Source: Octopus bimaculoides (lineage: Eukaryota). Taken from it: a stretch of DNA of 49,344 nucleotides. Position 1 is the first letter of the stretch. Each line of letters starts with the position of its first letter. The notes under the pieces are model-generated. The model made no database searches. It saw only the letters and a program-made list of their open reading frames with translations, and had not been told where the DNA came from. Shown here in pieces: positions 1 through 12,543 of the stretch. Made by a program: the position numbers and the translations under genes. Location of the stretch: positions 41,365,738 to 41,415,081 of the forward strand of contig NC_068998.1 of the NCBI RefSeq assembly GCF_001194135.2, written 5' to 3'.

Positions 1-167
1 AAATTCATATCTATCTCTCTATGAAACCTATACAACCCTTTCCCTGCATGCAAAGACATTCATACATATATACATGCATACATACATAATACATACATAC
101 ATACATACACACATACATATATACGTACACACATACACACAAATATATATATATACATATACATGTG

Positions 168-169
<2 letters not shown>

Positions 170-250
<81 letters not shown>
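170..250. repeat. (TA)n microsatellite within a TA/CA/TACA-rich tract
   Basis: Uninterrupted TA run; source of the YIYI pseudo-ORFs at 11-427. Confidence 0.95.
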
Positions 251-255
<5 letters not shown>

Positions 256-661
256 CATGCATATACATTATACACACATATATATATGTATGTATACACA
301 CACACACATATGTCATGGTGTGTGTAGTATATTTCTCTTTCTGTGGAAAGATCTTCCTCATTGGTTGAATTATTTCAGACATCAGGCAATAAGACGTAAA
401 GAAAATGATACGGTGAAGGAGAAATAGATTATTAGATATATTTCAATTGGCTACCTATTTTATCGATTGGTATTTGCCTAAACGCTACGTGGTATGTCAT
501 GAATGTAAACAAGATTTTAAATCATATAGCGAAATTCATTGATATATTATATATACAGACACAGACGCACACGCACATATATATGTGGAAAATAACACAC
601 ATACGCACATATGTACGTATTTATGTATGTGCGTGTGTATATACTTGTGTGTCTGTCTCTG

Positions 662-736
<75 letters not shown>

Positions 737-1030
737 TTGATAAAAAAAGTGTAGGTGGCATACGAGTGGGTATATATTTATAAAAAAGAAGCTTGGAAAC
801 GCCAATATATAAAAAATGAATTTTAATTTATAATTTTCTCAAAGATATTTAATAACATGTTTCGGTTCTTGAAAAAACGAACCTTATCAAAAATACATTT
901 TTTTTTTAAAAAACGTAATTAAAAGAAAAGTACATAATTGTTTCTTACTGGTGTCAACATAGTCCACGTGGGAGCGTTTTTTTGTGTGGGGACATAATGG
1001 CTGTCTCGTGCGTTGACTTGAATCGTTGGT

Positions 1031-1031
1031 T

Positions 1032-1066
<35 letters not shown>
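1031..1066. repeat. (GTA)n microsatellite followed by degenerate GCA/GTA repeats
   Basis: About 12 GTA units seen directly. Confidence 0.95.
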
Positions 1067-1067
<1 letters not shown>

Positions 1068-1965
1068 ACCGTGTTGGTAATGGTAAATGACAGGGGAGGA
1101 AGCAGCACAAGCAGCAGCAGTGGCAGCAGCAGTAGTAGTAGTGACCGAAATAGCAGTAGTAGTAGAGACTGTTGGTCGTATATATGTATGTATATAATAT
1201 ATATCAATGCATTTAGCTATATGCTTTAAAATCTCGTTTACATAGTAACAGTTTATGATCTTCCACCTAGTGTCAGTGAGTTTAATAAAAAGTTTGATTT
1301 AGCTGTATACGACTTAAAGTTTCATAGGCGCGTAGGACGGACCCATCTGACCAGATACCAGAAGTGTAAGAGACAGAGATTTGAGACAAATTCAAGAACG
1401 TTCCAAATCCCTTACTTTTCTTCTGCTTTCCGATGAGATGCGTCCATTCTTTGCGCGACCGAAACTTTGTTATACGTAATATATATATATAAGGTTAAAA
1501 TCGTTCAAAATTTTATCAGTGGCCAGAATTTAAAATTAGACCTATTAAAGTGAAATGATATATATAATTATAATTAAGAGTATAGAAAAAATCATGACTA
1601 TATGCGGAAAAGAGACGTTAAATCGTCAAACGACTTTAATTATCACAAAATTACACACGTGTTGAAATCAAGGGAGCAAGCTAACGGAAATTTAAAAAAA
1701 GTGCAGTTAACTCAGGACTGATCAATTTCTGGTTAGGAGTGAAGAGAGGAAGAGAGAAGAGAAGGGGAATCAGATGAGGAGGGAAGGGGAGTTGAGCCTA
1801 TTTGGCGCAAAGGAGCGAAGAGAGAAGATTAATACCTGTTCACGGCGAAGGCGGGAGTCCTGTGCAAAGACAATCCAAATACAGATGTTGTAATGAGTGG
1901 CCGGTAGAGCGGAAATGGCGCGACAGAGACAGAGACAGAGAGAGATACATAAGTAATACGTAAAT

Positions 1966-2004
<39 letters not shown>

Positions 2005-2122
2005 ATATAACATAATATATATATATATATTATACTATATTATATATATATATTTATATATGTATATATATGTATATATATATATGCATATACATAAATA
2101 TATGTAAATATATATATATATA

Positions 2123-2179
<57 letters not shown>

Positions 2180-3007
2180 CTATATGTCTGTGTGTGTGTG
2201 TATGTGTGTGCGTTTGTGTGTGTATGTATGCATATGTGTAATTATATATATTTGTTTATATTTGTGTATATATATCGTCATATATACATATGTATAATAC
2301 TGGAAATAGAAGCCAAAATCTTTACTGAACCATTCAAATAATTAATTTCAAACAAAGATCAGTCAATTTGATTAATGATATCAATCTCTTGGCATTATGA
2401 GCATTTCTTTTAAAGTTACACACTCACATACACGCTCACTCAGATACAAACGCACACACACATGCTCACACAAACACACAGAATCGCGCACGCACACACA
2501 TACAAACATTCCTAAACAGAGACAGCCACGAACGCGCATGTACACACAGGCACCCATACATACACAAGTATATACATGCTGTCATACATAGGTGTCTGCT
2601 TGCGTATATTTACACACACTCACGCACACACACACACACAGACACACCACCACACACATATCTACACGAATGTGGGCGTGTGTGACTGAGTGACTGAGGG
2701 TATGTCAGAACACGTCAATATATTGGTTGGATGTATACCAGAATCAATAGAAGTGAGATGGTCAGACAAAATACCTTGTGGTATTAGAGTTACATCGATA
2801 TTATGTCCAGAGTTCATATGCAGCGAATGTCCACTTTTCCTTTCATCTTGCAGAGGTCGATAACCTAAGTTCTAGTCAATGTTATCAGTTAAAACCTCGA
2901 AGGCCCAACTCCAGCATGGCCACACTCTAATTACTGAATATAGTTGTCTGGCAAAAGAGTAAGATACACATATGTACGCATATATATATATGTATATATA
3001 TATATAG

Positions 3008-3042
<35 letters not shown>

Positions 3043-3312
3043 TATAAAAGCACACTCGTACCTATATGCATATACGTACATTTTATACGTACACTCATGC
3101 GAACATAAAAATATATTCATATACATTTACACATGCACACAGACACGCATGCGCACACACGCACGCACAGACGCACATGCACACACGTACGCACACACGC
3201 ATATAGATAAGCGTACTGAAAATAATGAATCGGTAAGAGTGCAAGTGAGACATACACACGTATATACACATGCATACATACCTATTCATATATACACATG
3301 CATACATTCCTA

Positions 3313-3357
<45 letters not shown>

Positions 3358-3367
3358 NNNNNNNNNN

Positions 3368-3410
<43 letters not shown>

Positions 3411-3729
3411 GAATATCAGTAGCTAACAAGACTGTAAGAGCCTAACCAATAACAAAATATTTTATTAATGACCATCCATATGCAGGAATGGTTCCACTAA
3501 AATGTAGGACACCCGTCAAATCAATTACTACAGTATTCGCTCTTCCAATAAATGACCCGGCGTCTGCTGGTTTTTCGACCTTAATTTGATAATTCTCCCA
3601 CTAATGTAGGAGAATATCAAGTTAAGTTCGAAAAACCAGAAGTTTTACTGTAAACAATGTAAATCTTGTGATTTACTTGGTTTACAGTAAAATTCTAACC
3701 GTTAAATATATAACATTTCTATATCTGAT

Positions 3730-4095
3730 TGCATCTTGTTTCAGTCACTAGATTGTAGCCATGCTGGAGCACCGTCTGGATGAATTTTTGGTCGAATGAA
3801 TCGATCCGTTTAGTATTTTATGTTATGCCTGGTACTTATTCTATCGACTTCTATTGCCGAACCACTAGTTTACGGGGACGAAAACACACCACACCAACAC
3901 CGGACGTGTAACAGTAGTAAGGGTCAAACACAGGCACAAAGACGTACACATACACACATACGACAGGCTTCTTTCAATTTCCGTCTATTAAGTTCACTTA
4001 AAAGTCTTTGGTCGGCCCGAGGCTACAGCAGAGAAAAACTTACCGAAGGTCCCACGCAATGAGACGGAACACGGAACTATGTAGTTTCGCAGAAT
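3730..4095 (-). mobile_element. Decayed tRNA-derived SINE, family A (head ...ggccgaccaaag...gacggaaa..., tail ...ccagcatggc...ctgaaacaag)
   Basis: Reverse-complement similarity to the plus-strand copies at 22891-23055 (head) and 18262-18445 (tail). Confidence 0.7.
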
Positions 4096-4142
4096 ATATA
4101 TTCACACACATTCACATACGCACGCAAACACAGATCCATACA

Positions 4143-4200
<58 letters not shown>

Positions 4201-4676
4201 GTATGCGTGTGTGTCTGTGTGTGTGTGTATGAATGCATGTGTGTCTGTATATAGATGCATATACACACACATATATATATAAACCCATACATGCACACAC
4301 ATAGAGACACGAACACGATCTTATAGGCATATCAGTACATCCATACAGACGAGTACGTACGTACATACGAACATACATACATATACACATACATAAATAT
4401 GTATATATATACATATATGCATGCACACACACAGATACATATACAATCATATACATACACACTCAGGCACATATATATCTAAATAAACATCCACATATAT
4501 ATCTGCATATATATATTAGAGAGTTGATAGGGTAAATCCAAATTATATAAAATGATACAGAAAATGTTATATTAACAGAAAAAGTCGAAAGTACAGGCGA
4601 TACTCATATATTTATCCACACACACATTTACCTTCGCGCACATACGCACACATGCACAGGCACACACACACACTCA

Positions 4677-4729
<53 letters not shown>

Positions 4730-5008
4730 TCACCTACATGCATTCATAAATATACATAGACGCAGAGCGAGACACATGTGTTCACATTCACACATATATA
4801 CACATGCACACACATACGTGCAAATATACATATAGATACATGTATGCATATACACACACACAAACACACATACATATATGCACACAGACAGACACACGCG
4901 CACACACACACACACATATATATGCGTGTATATATGTATATATATGTATATACAAGCGTACACATATATAAAAAGATAGATATAACTACAAAAATATGTG
5001 TAATAATG

Positions 5009-5066
<58 letters not shown>

Positions 5067-5744
5067 AATCACGTTAGTGATTATTATCAGGCAGTCAGCA
5101 TGGAATAAAAGTTTACAAGCGTACTAATTCTTGTTTGTAAATCTTTACATGTATTGCGCTGACGATGGGAAAAAATATATTTAAGATTTTAATCTTGAAA
5201 TTAGCTAATTCGCAATTAATGTGGTGCCTTTTTTAAATATCTCTTCACAAGCCCGTTTTCAATCACATGTATTTATGGAGTTTTTCTCGGTAGCTTCGTA
5301 ATATTTAGACATTCATTCAACATGGAGGAGAAAAGTCATGTTTCGAGTTTTTCCCTTAATATTATTATATATATTTACATATATATAAAGAAAAAATGGG
5401 TCGCATACATTAATTTATGTATTATAGTCTTACAGGTGTTTCAGATACGCTGTTGTGTGTGTTCATGTCTCAATTGTGTCAATCGATCGATTAATTGCCT
5501 GGAAACGGAGGGAACAATATTTGCAATGAAATCTATCTCAGCTTCAAAACAAGTCAAGTGTCAAAAAGAAAAAAATGAATAAACCTGTTTGGACGTTATT
5601 CAGTGTGGCACTCATGCAGAACTCGGTCGCCTGTTTGTACCATCAACCATTGCTGATGGCTAGAAACAGAAACAGGGGACCAAGTTCTGTATTGTAGTTC
5701 TCTTATCACGGGTGAATTGCATCGACATCCGCGAAAGATATTCT

Positions 5745-5781
<37 letters not shown>

Positions 5782-5832
5782 ATAATAATAAATTATTAAT
5801 AAATTGATAATCCTTTACCCTTTTATTTGTAA

Positions 5833-5870
<38 letters not shown>

Positions 5871-5976
5871 TAAAAAGCTATTACCTCAAAACGATTATTA
5901 GTTTGCTCTCAGTTAGGTGTATAATTATAGAGTTAAAGTTAATGCTATTGCTACTTCGGGCTAATATATATATATA

Positions 5977-6445
5977 TCAGGTCATCCCATAAGTTCTGTC
6001 CGAATTTTGAATAAAGAAAACAAGTGATCAAATGTTATATTTAATTGAAATTTAATCATCAATGTACTTTCCCTGATTATCTATGACTTCCTTCCATCTA
6101 TTTACAAGCTTTTTAATTCCATCAATGTAAAGCTCTTTTGGTTTCAAAGCGAAGAACTCTGAAATGTCAGTTTTGACCTCCTCCTGGCTTGCGAAAGTTA
6201 TGTCCCCCAAATGATTCTATAAACTACTAAACAAATGGTAGTCTGAAGGAGAAAGGTAGGGAGAATAAGTTGGATGAGGAATTTTTTCCCAAACAAGCTC
6301 TTCGATCTTCTTTGATGTGTTTGGATACTTCGTCAGATCGAAGATGATGTATTTGACCACACAGCGGAATTAGTCTGGGACAACTTAAAGTGAAAAGTTC
6401 TATTAAAGAGATAGCTACACAGTTGTCCCGAGTCAAACATCTTAT
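5977..6445 (-). mobile_element. Mariner transposon 3' fragment (transposase C-terminus plus one TIR)
   Basis: Minus-strand translation KIEELVWEKIPHPTYSPYLSPSDYHLFSSL*NHLGDITFASQEEVKTDISEFFALKPKELYIDGIKKLVNRWKEVIDNQGKYIDD* matches the mariner HPPYSPDLAPSDY(H)LF motif and C-terminus. Stop at 6052-6054; TA|TCAGGTCATCCCATAAG terminus at 5977. Confidence 0.9.
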
Positions 6446-7166
6446 GTGTGTATGTATGTATAAATTAAAGAAAGAGGAAAAACAAAACCAAGGCAGAGCA
6501 AGCTGATTAGATCTTTTAAATTATTTAAATTATTATAATAATGAATGGAAGTAAGCAACTGTAAATAAAAATGTTGCAATAAAGTCTTACAGCTGTTCTG
6601 GAATATCTCAGCCAATGGTTTACTGTGTTGATCTACATTTCCATATACTGGTACGTATCAATTGTAGCTTATCAATTGGAGCTCTCACACTGCGTACCTG
6701 GAAAAGCTGCATGCAGTATGGGACAGTCAACAACGTCGGAGAGCTTAAAGATTAAAGATGTGGTTCAGAAAACGTTAGCTGACTAGAAGTTTTCTGAATA
6801 TTTGAAAATAGTTACTTGCATCATGATTTGCGCTGGGTATCAAAATGGTGACATCGGGACTTCAGCTCAATGCACTGTGAACAATGTAAATCTGTACGTT
6901 GTGACAAGGACAGCCGCCAAGGGGACTAGAACGTCGGGTTTCATTCGTTCGTTAAACAGACTTATCTCGACTGGATTGTAAAAATCGAATGAGGCAAGTC
7001 CAAACTATTTTCTTTATCTTGAATCAAAATTAGACAACGCAGATTATACAGTGCAATTCATTTTGTAGCGACATCGGTTCCAATCCGTATTCCTGGGACT
7101 ACTTCCTGGGAGCTGTTCTATGAATGGGGCTGAGGTTTGTTAGTGACATCAGTTCGTTGGTGTGTG

Positions 7167-7198
<32 letters not shown>

Positions 7199-7339
7199 TG
7201 TATGTATGTATGTATGTCATTCTTTAGTTTTATTTCAAGAGATTTCTTGCCAATAAAGAAAGAGCCGGTTTCTAACCTAGACCCAAGGCTCCTTAAATGG
7301 AATTTCAACCTCAACTACTAGCTATTTTTGTTCGTATAT

Positions 7340-7888
7340 NNNNNNNNNNNNNNNNNNNNNNNNNNNNNNNNNNNNNNNNNNNNNNNNNNNNNNNNNNNNN
7401 NNNNNNNNNNNNNNNNNNNNNNNNNNNNNNNNNNNNNNNNNNNNNNNNNNNNNNNNNNNNNNNNNNNNNNNNNNNNNNNNNNNNNNNNNNNNNNNNNNNN
7501 NNNNNNNNNNNNNNNNNNNNNNNNNNNNNNNNNNNNNNNNNNNNNNNNNNNNNNNNNNNNNNNNNNNNNNNNNNNNNNNNNNNNNNNNNNNNNNNNNNNN
7601 NNNNNNNNNNNNNNNNNNNNNNNNNNNNNNNNNNNNNNNNNNNNNNNNNNNNNNNNNNNNNNNNNNNNNNNNNNNNNNNNNNNNNNNNNNNNNNNNNNNN
7701 NNNNNNNNNNNNNNNNNNNNNNNNNNNNNNNNNNNNNNNNNNNNNNNNNNNNNNNNNNNNNNNNNNNNNNNNNNNNNNNNNNNNNNNNNNNNNNNNNNNN
7801 NNNNNNNNNNNNNNNNNNNNNNNNNNNNNNNNNNNNNNNNNNNNNNNNNNNNNNNNNNNNNNNNNNNNNNNNNNNNNNNNNNNNNNNN
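7340..7888. other. Assembly gap (N run)
   Basis: N characters; one of many microsatellite-flanked gaps. Confidence 1.
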
Positions 7889-7906
7889 ATATATATATAT
7901 ACATGT

Positions 7907-7940
<34 letters not shown>

Positions 7941-8181
7941 ATAATATATACATATATATGTATGCATATATACATACACATATCTTCATATATATGTTTA
8001 TATACACATGTGTGTGTGTGTATGAATACATATATACTAGGTCCCTCAGCTTCTGAACCTGTCACAGGAGCATTGCCGTGATATGTAGTGTGACTAATGC
8101 ATTTTATTCCTAGCAGAGCAGATCTCTTCATCTTGGAACACATCCTGTTTGTTACAAAAGGATAGGTGAGAGAATAGAAGA

Positions 8182-8256
<75 letters not shown>

Positions 8257-9018
8257 NNNNNNNNNNNNNNNNNNNNNNNNNNNNNNNNNNNNNNNNNNNN
8301 NNNNNNNNNNNNNNNNNNNNNNNNNNNNNNNNNNNNNNNNNNNNNNNNNNNNNNNNNNNNNNNNNNNNNNNNNNNNNNNNNNNNNNNNNNNNNNNNNNNN
8401 NNNNNNNNNNNNNNNNNNNNNNNNNNNNNNNNNNNNNNNNNNNNNNNNNNNNNNNNNNNNNNNNNNNNNNNNNNNNNNNNNNNNNNNNNNNNNNNNNNNN
8501 NNNNNNNNNNNNNNNNNNNNNNNNNNNNNNNNNNNNNNNNNNNNNNNNNNNNNNNNNNNNNNNNNNNNNNNNNNNNNNNNNNNNNNNNNNNNNNNNNNNN
8601 NNNNNNNNNNNNNNNNNNNNNNNNNNNNNNNNNNNNNNNNNNNNNNNNNNNNNNNNNNNNNNNNNNNNNNNNNNNNNNNNNNNNNNNNNNNNNNNNNNNN
8701 NNNNNNNNNNNNNNNNNNNNNNNNNNNNNNNNNNNNNNNNNNNNNNNNNNNNNNNNNNNNNNNNNNNNNNNNNNNNNNNNNNNNNNNNNNNNNNNNNNNN
8801 NNNNNNNNNNNNNNNNNNNNNNNNNNNNNNNNNNNNNNNNNNNNNNNNNNNNNNNNNNNNNNNNNNNNNNNNNNNNNNNNNNNNNNNNNNNNNNNNNNNN
8901 NNNNNNNNNNNNNNNNNNNNNNNNNNNNNNNNNNNNNNNNNNNNNNNNNNNNNNNNNNNNNNNNNNNNNNNNNNNNNNNNNNNNNNNNNNNNNNNNNNNN
9001 NNNNNNNNNNNNNNNNNN
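8257..9018. other. Assembly gap (N run), largest in the window
   Basis: N characters between (GA)n and (TA)n. Confidence 1.
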
Positions 9019-9086
<68 letters not shown>

Positions 9087-9556
9087 TTTAGATGTGTGTG
9101 TGTGTGTTATAGGAAGAATTTAAGTCGCTGGTGATTTAAAGTAATAGGTATGCGGCCTCAGTGTTCCAATTAATAAGCTACTAAGTTCCAAGTTCAAAAC
9201 ATGGGTAGCCACGAATACTAATGTCTTACGAGATAATAAGTGTCTCCAGGTTTTGCAGTGTAACACAACTGAATAGACTAATTTGCATATTAAACATATT
9301 CCAGGCAACTGGTACCTAAATTTTAAATGTCGGCAAGGAAACAACATTTCGTCTTGCAATGATAATATACTTCAAGGTATATTAGAGGCTTACACATCAA
9401 GATTGTGCCTCACTGTGTATTAGAAGTGCAATATTCTCACCTTAAGTTTATCTCTCTGGATTGTCTATAGAGTTCAGAGCCAGCTCTGCAAGTTACGACG
9501 TTTCGTAAACGAAGACGTCTTTGTAAACAATACGAAGATAGAAAAAATACGATCGC

Positions 9557-9590
<34 letters not shown>

Positions 9591-9656
9591 GAGGCATACC
9601 CACCATCTATTTCTTCTATCTTCTATCGCATTGTTTACATTGACGTATTCGGTTAT

Positions 9657-9657
<1 letters not shown>

Positions 9658-9728
<71 letters not shown>
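9658..9728. repeat. (GATA)n microsatellite
   Basis: Seen directly. Confidence 0.95.
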
Positions 9729-9729
<1 letters not shown>

Positions 9730-10773
9730 ATGGTTAGAGCCAACACTTGTAGTATTGTTTATTGTTATGATATATTCATTTTCGCCATGGCAGGAAAAAA
9801 ATCTCATCACGTATACAACGGATACAATACAGTCTCCGGTTGCCGAGCCTGATGTCTCTTGTCTCTCTTTTCTGTACTATGACGTCCTTGTCAGAACTGG
9901 CTGTTGTATTGTTTTCAGCATTCAAACATCCTTTATCTATTCATCTTTTGCTTATCATTACTTCCGTTACGTTCAAGACTCTCGTTTTCCCGCACCAAAA
10001 ATTACACCCAATCGCACTTCCCCAGTAAACCATACCTCTGGAATCTTCACTCTTCTCTTGTCTTTCCTGTAGACATTGATCTGCAACAATTCAAATGAAA
10101 CTTCAAAAATTACAAAACATACACATGTTTCGGTAGTCCTGCAAGCATGACATTTACTGTACCATTTTTCCAGAGAGCAATTATAGAAAAAAAAAGACAA
10201 AATAAAAATCCAGACAAAATATCAATAACATTATTTTTGAGCTGTTTCTAGAACAAACTCAACATTCTTGTTAAGAACATTATTGTTGAGTTTATGTCAC
10301 TCTTTGCTGCCTCCATATTTGAAAAGATTGCACAAATTCTCGTCAATTTCGTTGATACTTTCATGACTAAATGTCTGAACGGATGTCACCGATACAGTAT
10401 ATTCAAGTTCTTCATTCCTTATATTTTGTTCTTATTTCCCTTTGAGGCGGAAGTGAATGTCGAGATTCCAGCACCTAATTTTTGTTAAGGTTGCCGGTGT
10501 GATGCGAGAGGTTACAAGATTTTACTGTGATAAACAATGTTATGTTTCCATATATTATGTTTCCTTATACGAAGAGAGATCGAAGTCAGTGCGTTATCAA
10601 TGGCTGGGAAGGTATTGTTAAGTAAACCATTGTTACTGCCTTTCCGATGTCATTTACACATACACACACACGCGCGCACACACACACACATGCACACTTA
10701 TATATACACATGCATACTTATACATAGATGTATATATATATATACACAGAGAGACAGGCAGAGAGAGGAGAGA

Positions 10774-10806
<33 letters not shown>

Positions 10807-11496
10807 TATATATATATTATATATATATTATTCAAAAGAATTCCAATTCTGTTTTTATGTTTTATTTATATTCTTATAAAATTAATGTAGGATATAGAAT
10901 ATGGAATATATAGTATATATAGTAATTGAATGTCTTATTGAATAAATGAAATATTGAATATTAAGTATTAAAGGTCTAGTATACTTTTTGGGTTTCTAGC
11001 AGTCTTCAAGGTCCCATTTGACAGGAATGTTTCAATATATATGTATGTATATGTGTGTGCGTGTATGTGTGTGTGTCTGTGTGTGCATATATATAGTCTG
11101 CATATTTGTGTATATCTGCATATACACGGAAATACATTGACATACATACAGATTAATGTATTTTTTGTATTTATGTATATATGCTATGATTATATGTATA
11201 CATATGTATGTATTCTTAAATAGAAACCTGCATTACAACCTGTTACTTTTGTTTATATTGTGACTGTAACAGTTTCACAGGAGTCGATATGATAACCTAT
11301 AACAAAATCACTTGCTTCAGGACTGAACTCCAATGATTAACACAAATGAAAGAATATATACCGAAATACACTCACAGACGCACAATTCGGTTCAGTATGG
11401 CCGTATATTCAAGAAGTCCTTTTGGTGAAAGCAAGGTTCTCCCGTTCGAAAACACCGCGTGATATCTTATTCAAATGTCTTTTTCTATTGTAATAG

Positions 11497-11583
11497 GTTG
11501 ACTTTGAATCAATTGCGAATGAAACTGGGGAGTCGGAAACTGTATAGAAGCCCGTCAGGTGGCTTCCACCTATAATTCCAAAG
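11497..11583 (+). other. Candidate 87-nt spliced exon (non-coding, terminal or pseudo-exon)
   Basis: Pyrimidine tract tctttttctattgtaatAG| and donor AAG|GTACAG. Phase-0 frame VDFESIANETGESETV*KPVRWLPPIIPK has an internal TAG. No homology recognised. Confidence 0.3.
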
Positions 11584-12248
11584 GTACAGTTTTGTCTCAC
11601 ACTCTGTTTCCACTAACTCTGCCTAATAATTATATGAAGGGTACACATGTCTATGGAATGCTTAGCGTAGAGTCGTCTTAGTAATAATACACAACACCAG
11701 ACAAATGAATGCACTGGACCCCATAGTATATATTTATTGACAGCAAACATCACAATCTGAGCCGCCCCTGTTCAACTACTCAGAGTACCCATGTCTTAAG
11801 ACAGTGCTGACATAGCGCCAACCTCATGTTTATTTAGTATCTAATTCAGTCGATCAATGAACTGAATAGTTACCATGAAAACCGACAGAGAGCCATACAT
11901 AAACATTTGTACATAAGTATATATATAAGTGTGCATGCATATGTATATATGTATGCGTGTGTATGTTTAGCATTTGTATGTACGCCAGTTTTTATATACG
12001 TATTTGTATGTACGTCTGTGACTAGCAGCAATATCTTTCTGATATATTTAGAAATGTAGAACTGCAAAAAATTGATATATAACACAATACATCTATGATA
12101 ACATTGTAATATAATAAATAAAATATTGTCAACACGCCAACGTTAGACAACTACAAATTATACATAGTACATGTATAATCTCTCTTATACACAGGCACAC
12201 AGACATACACACACACACACTCTCTTCTTCTTCTTCTTCTCTCTCTAT

Positions 12249-12357
12249 CTAACAGACACTCTCTCACTAACAGACACTCTCTCACTAACAGACACTCTCT
12301 CTCTAACAGACACTCTCTCACTAACAGACACTCTCTCTCTAACAGACACTCTCTAAC
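12249..12357. repeat. 18-bp minisatellite (CTAACAGACACTCTCTCA/CT) x ~6
   Basis: Tandem units seen directly. Confidence 0.95.
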
Positions 12358-12365
12358 GCGCAGAT

Positions 12366-12412
<47 letters not shown>

Positions 12413-12446
12413 NNNNNNNNNNNNNNNNNNNNNNNNNNNNNNNNNN

Positions 12447-12496
<50 letters not shown>

Positions 12497-12543
12497 CTAG
12501 TTTTAAATCTCTGAGCGAGAGATATATGGTTATATGGTACGGA

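Noticed and set aside
11-805. ORFs rich in YI/HT/CV/MYVC dipeptide repeats, here and throughout the window
   Set aside because: Translations of TA/CA/TATG microsatellites, with no coding signal.
6820-6860. MICAGY as a trypsin-family motif
   Set aside because: The expected downstream GDSGGP is absent.
7297-8143. Long ORFs of 200-270 aa here and at 15.6, 17.4, 29.7, 40.3, 41.6 and 44.6 kb
   Set aside because: They span N gaps and are open only because N codons contain no stops.
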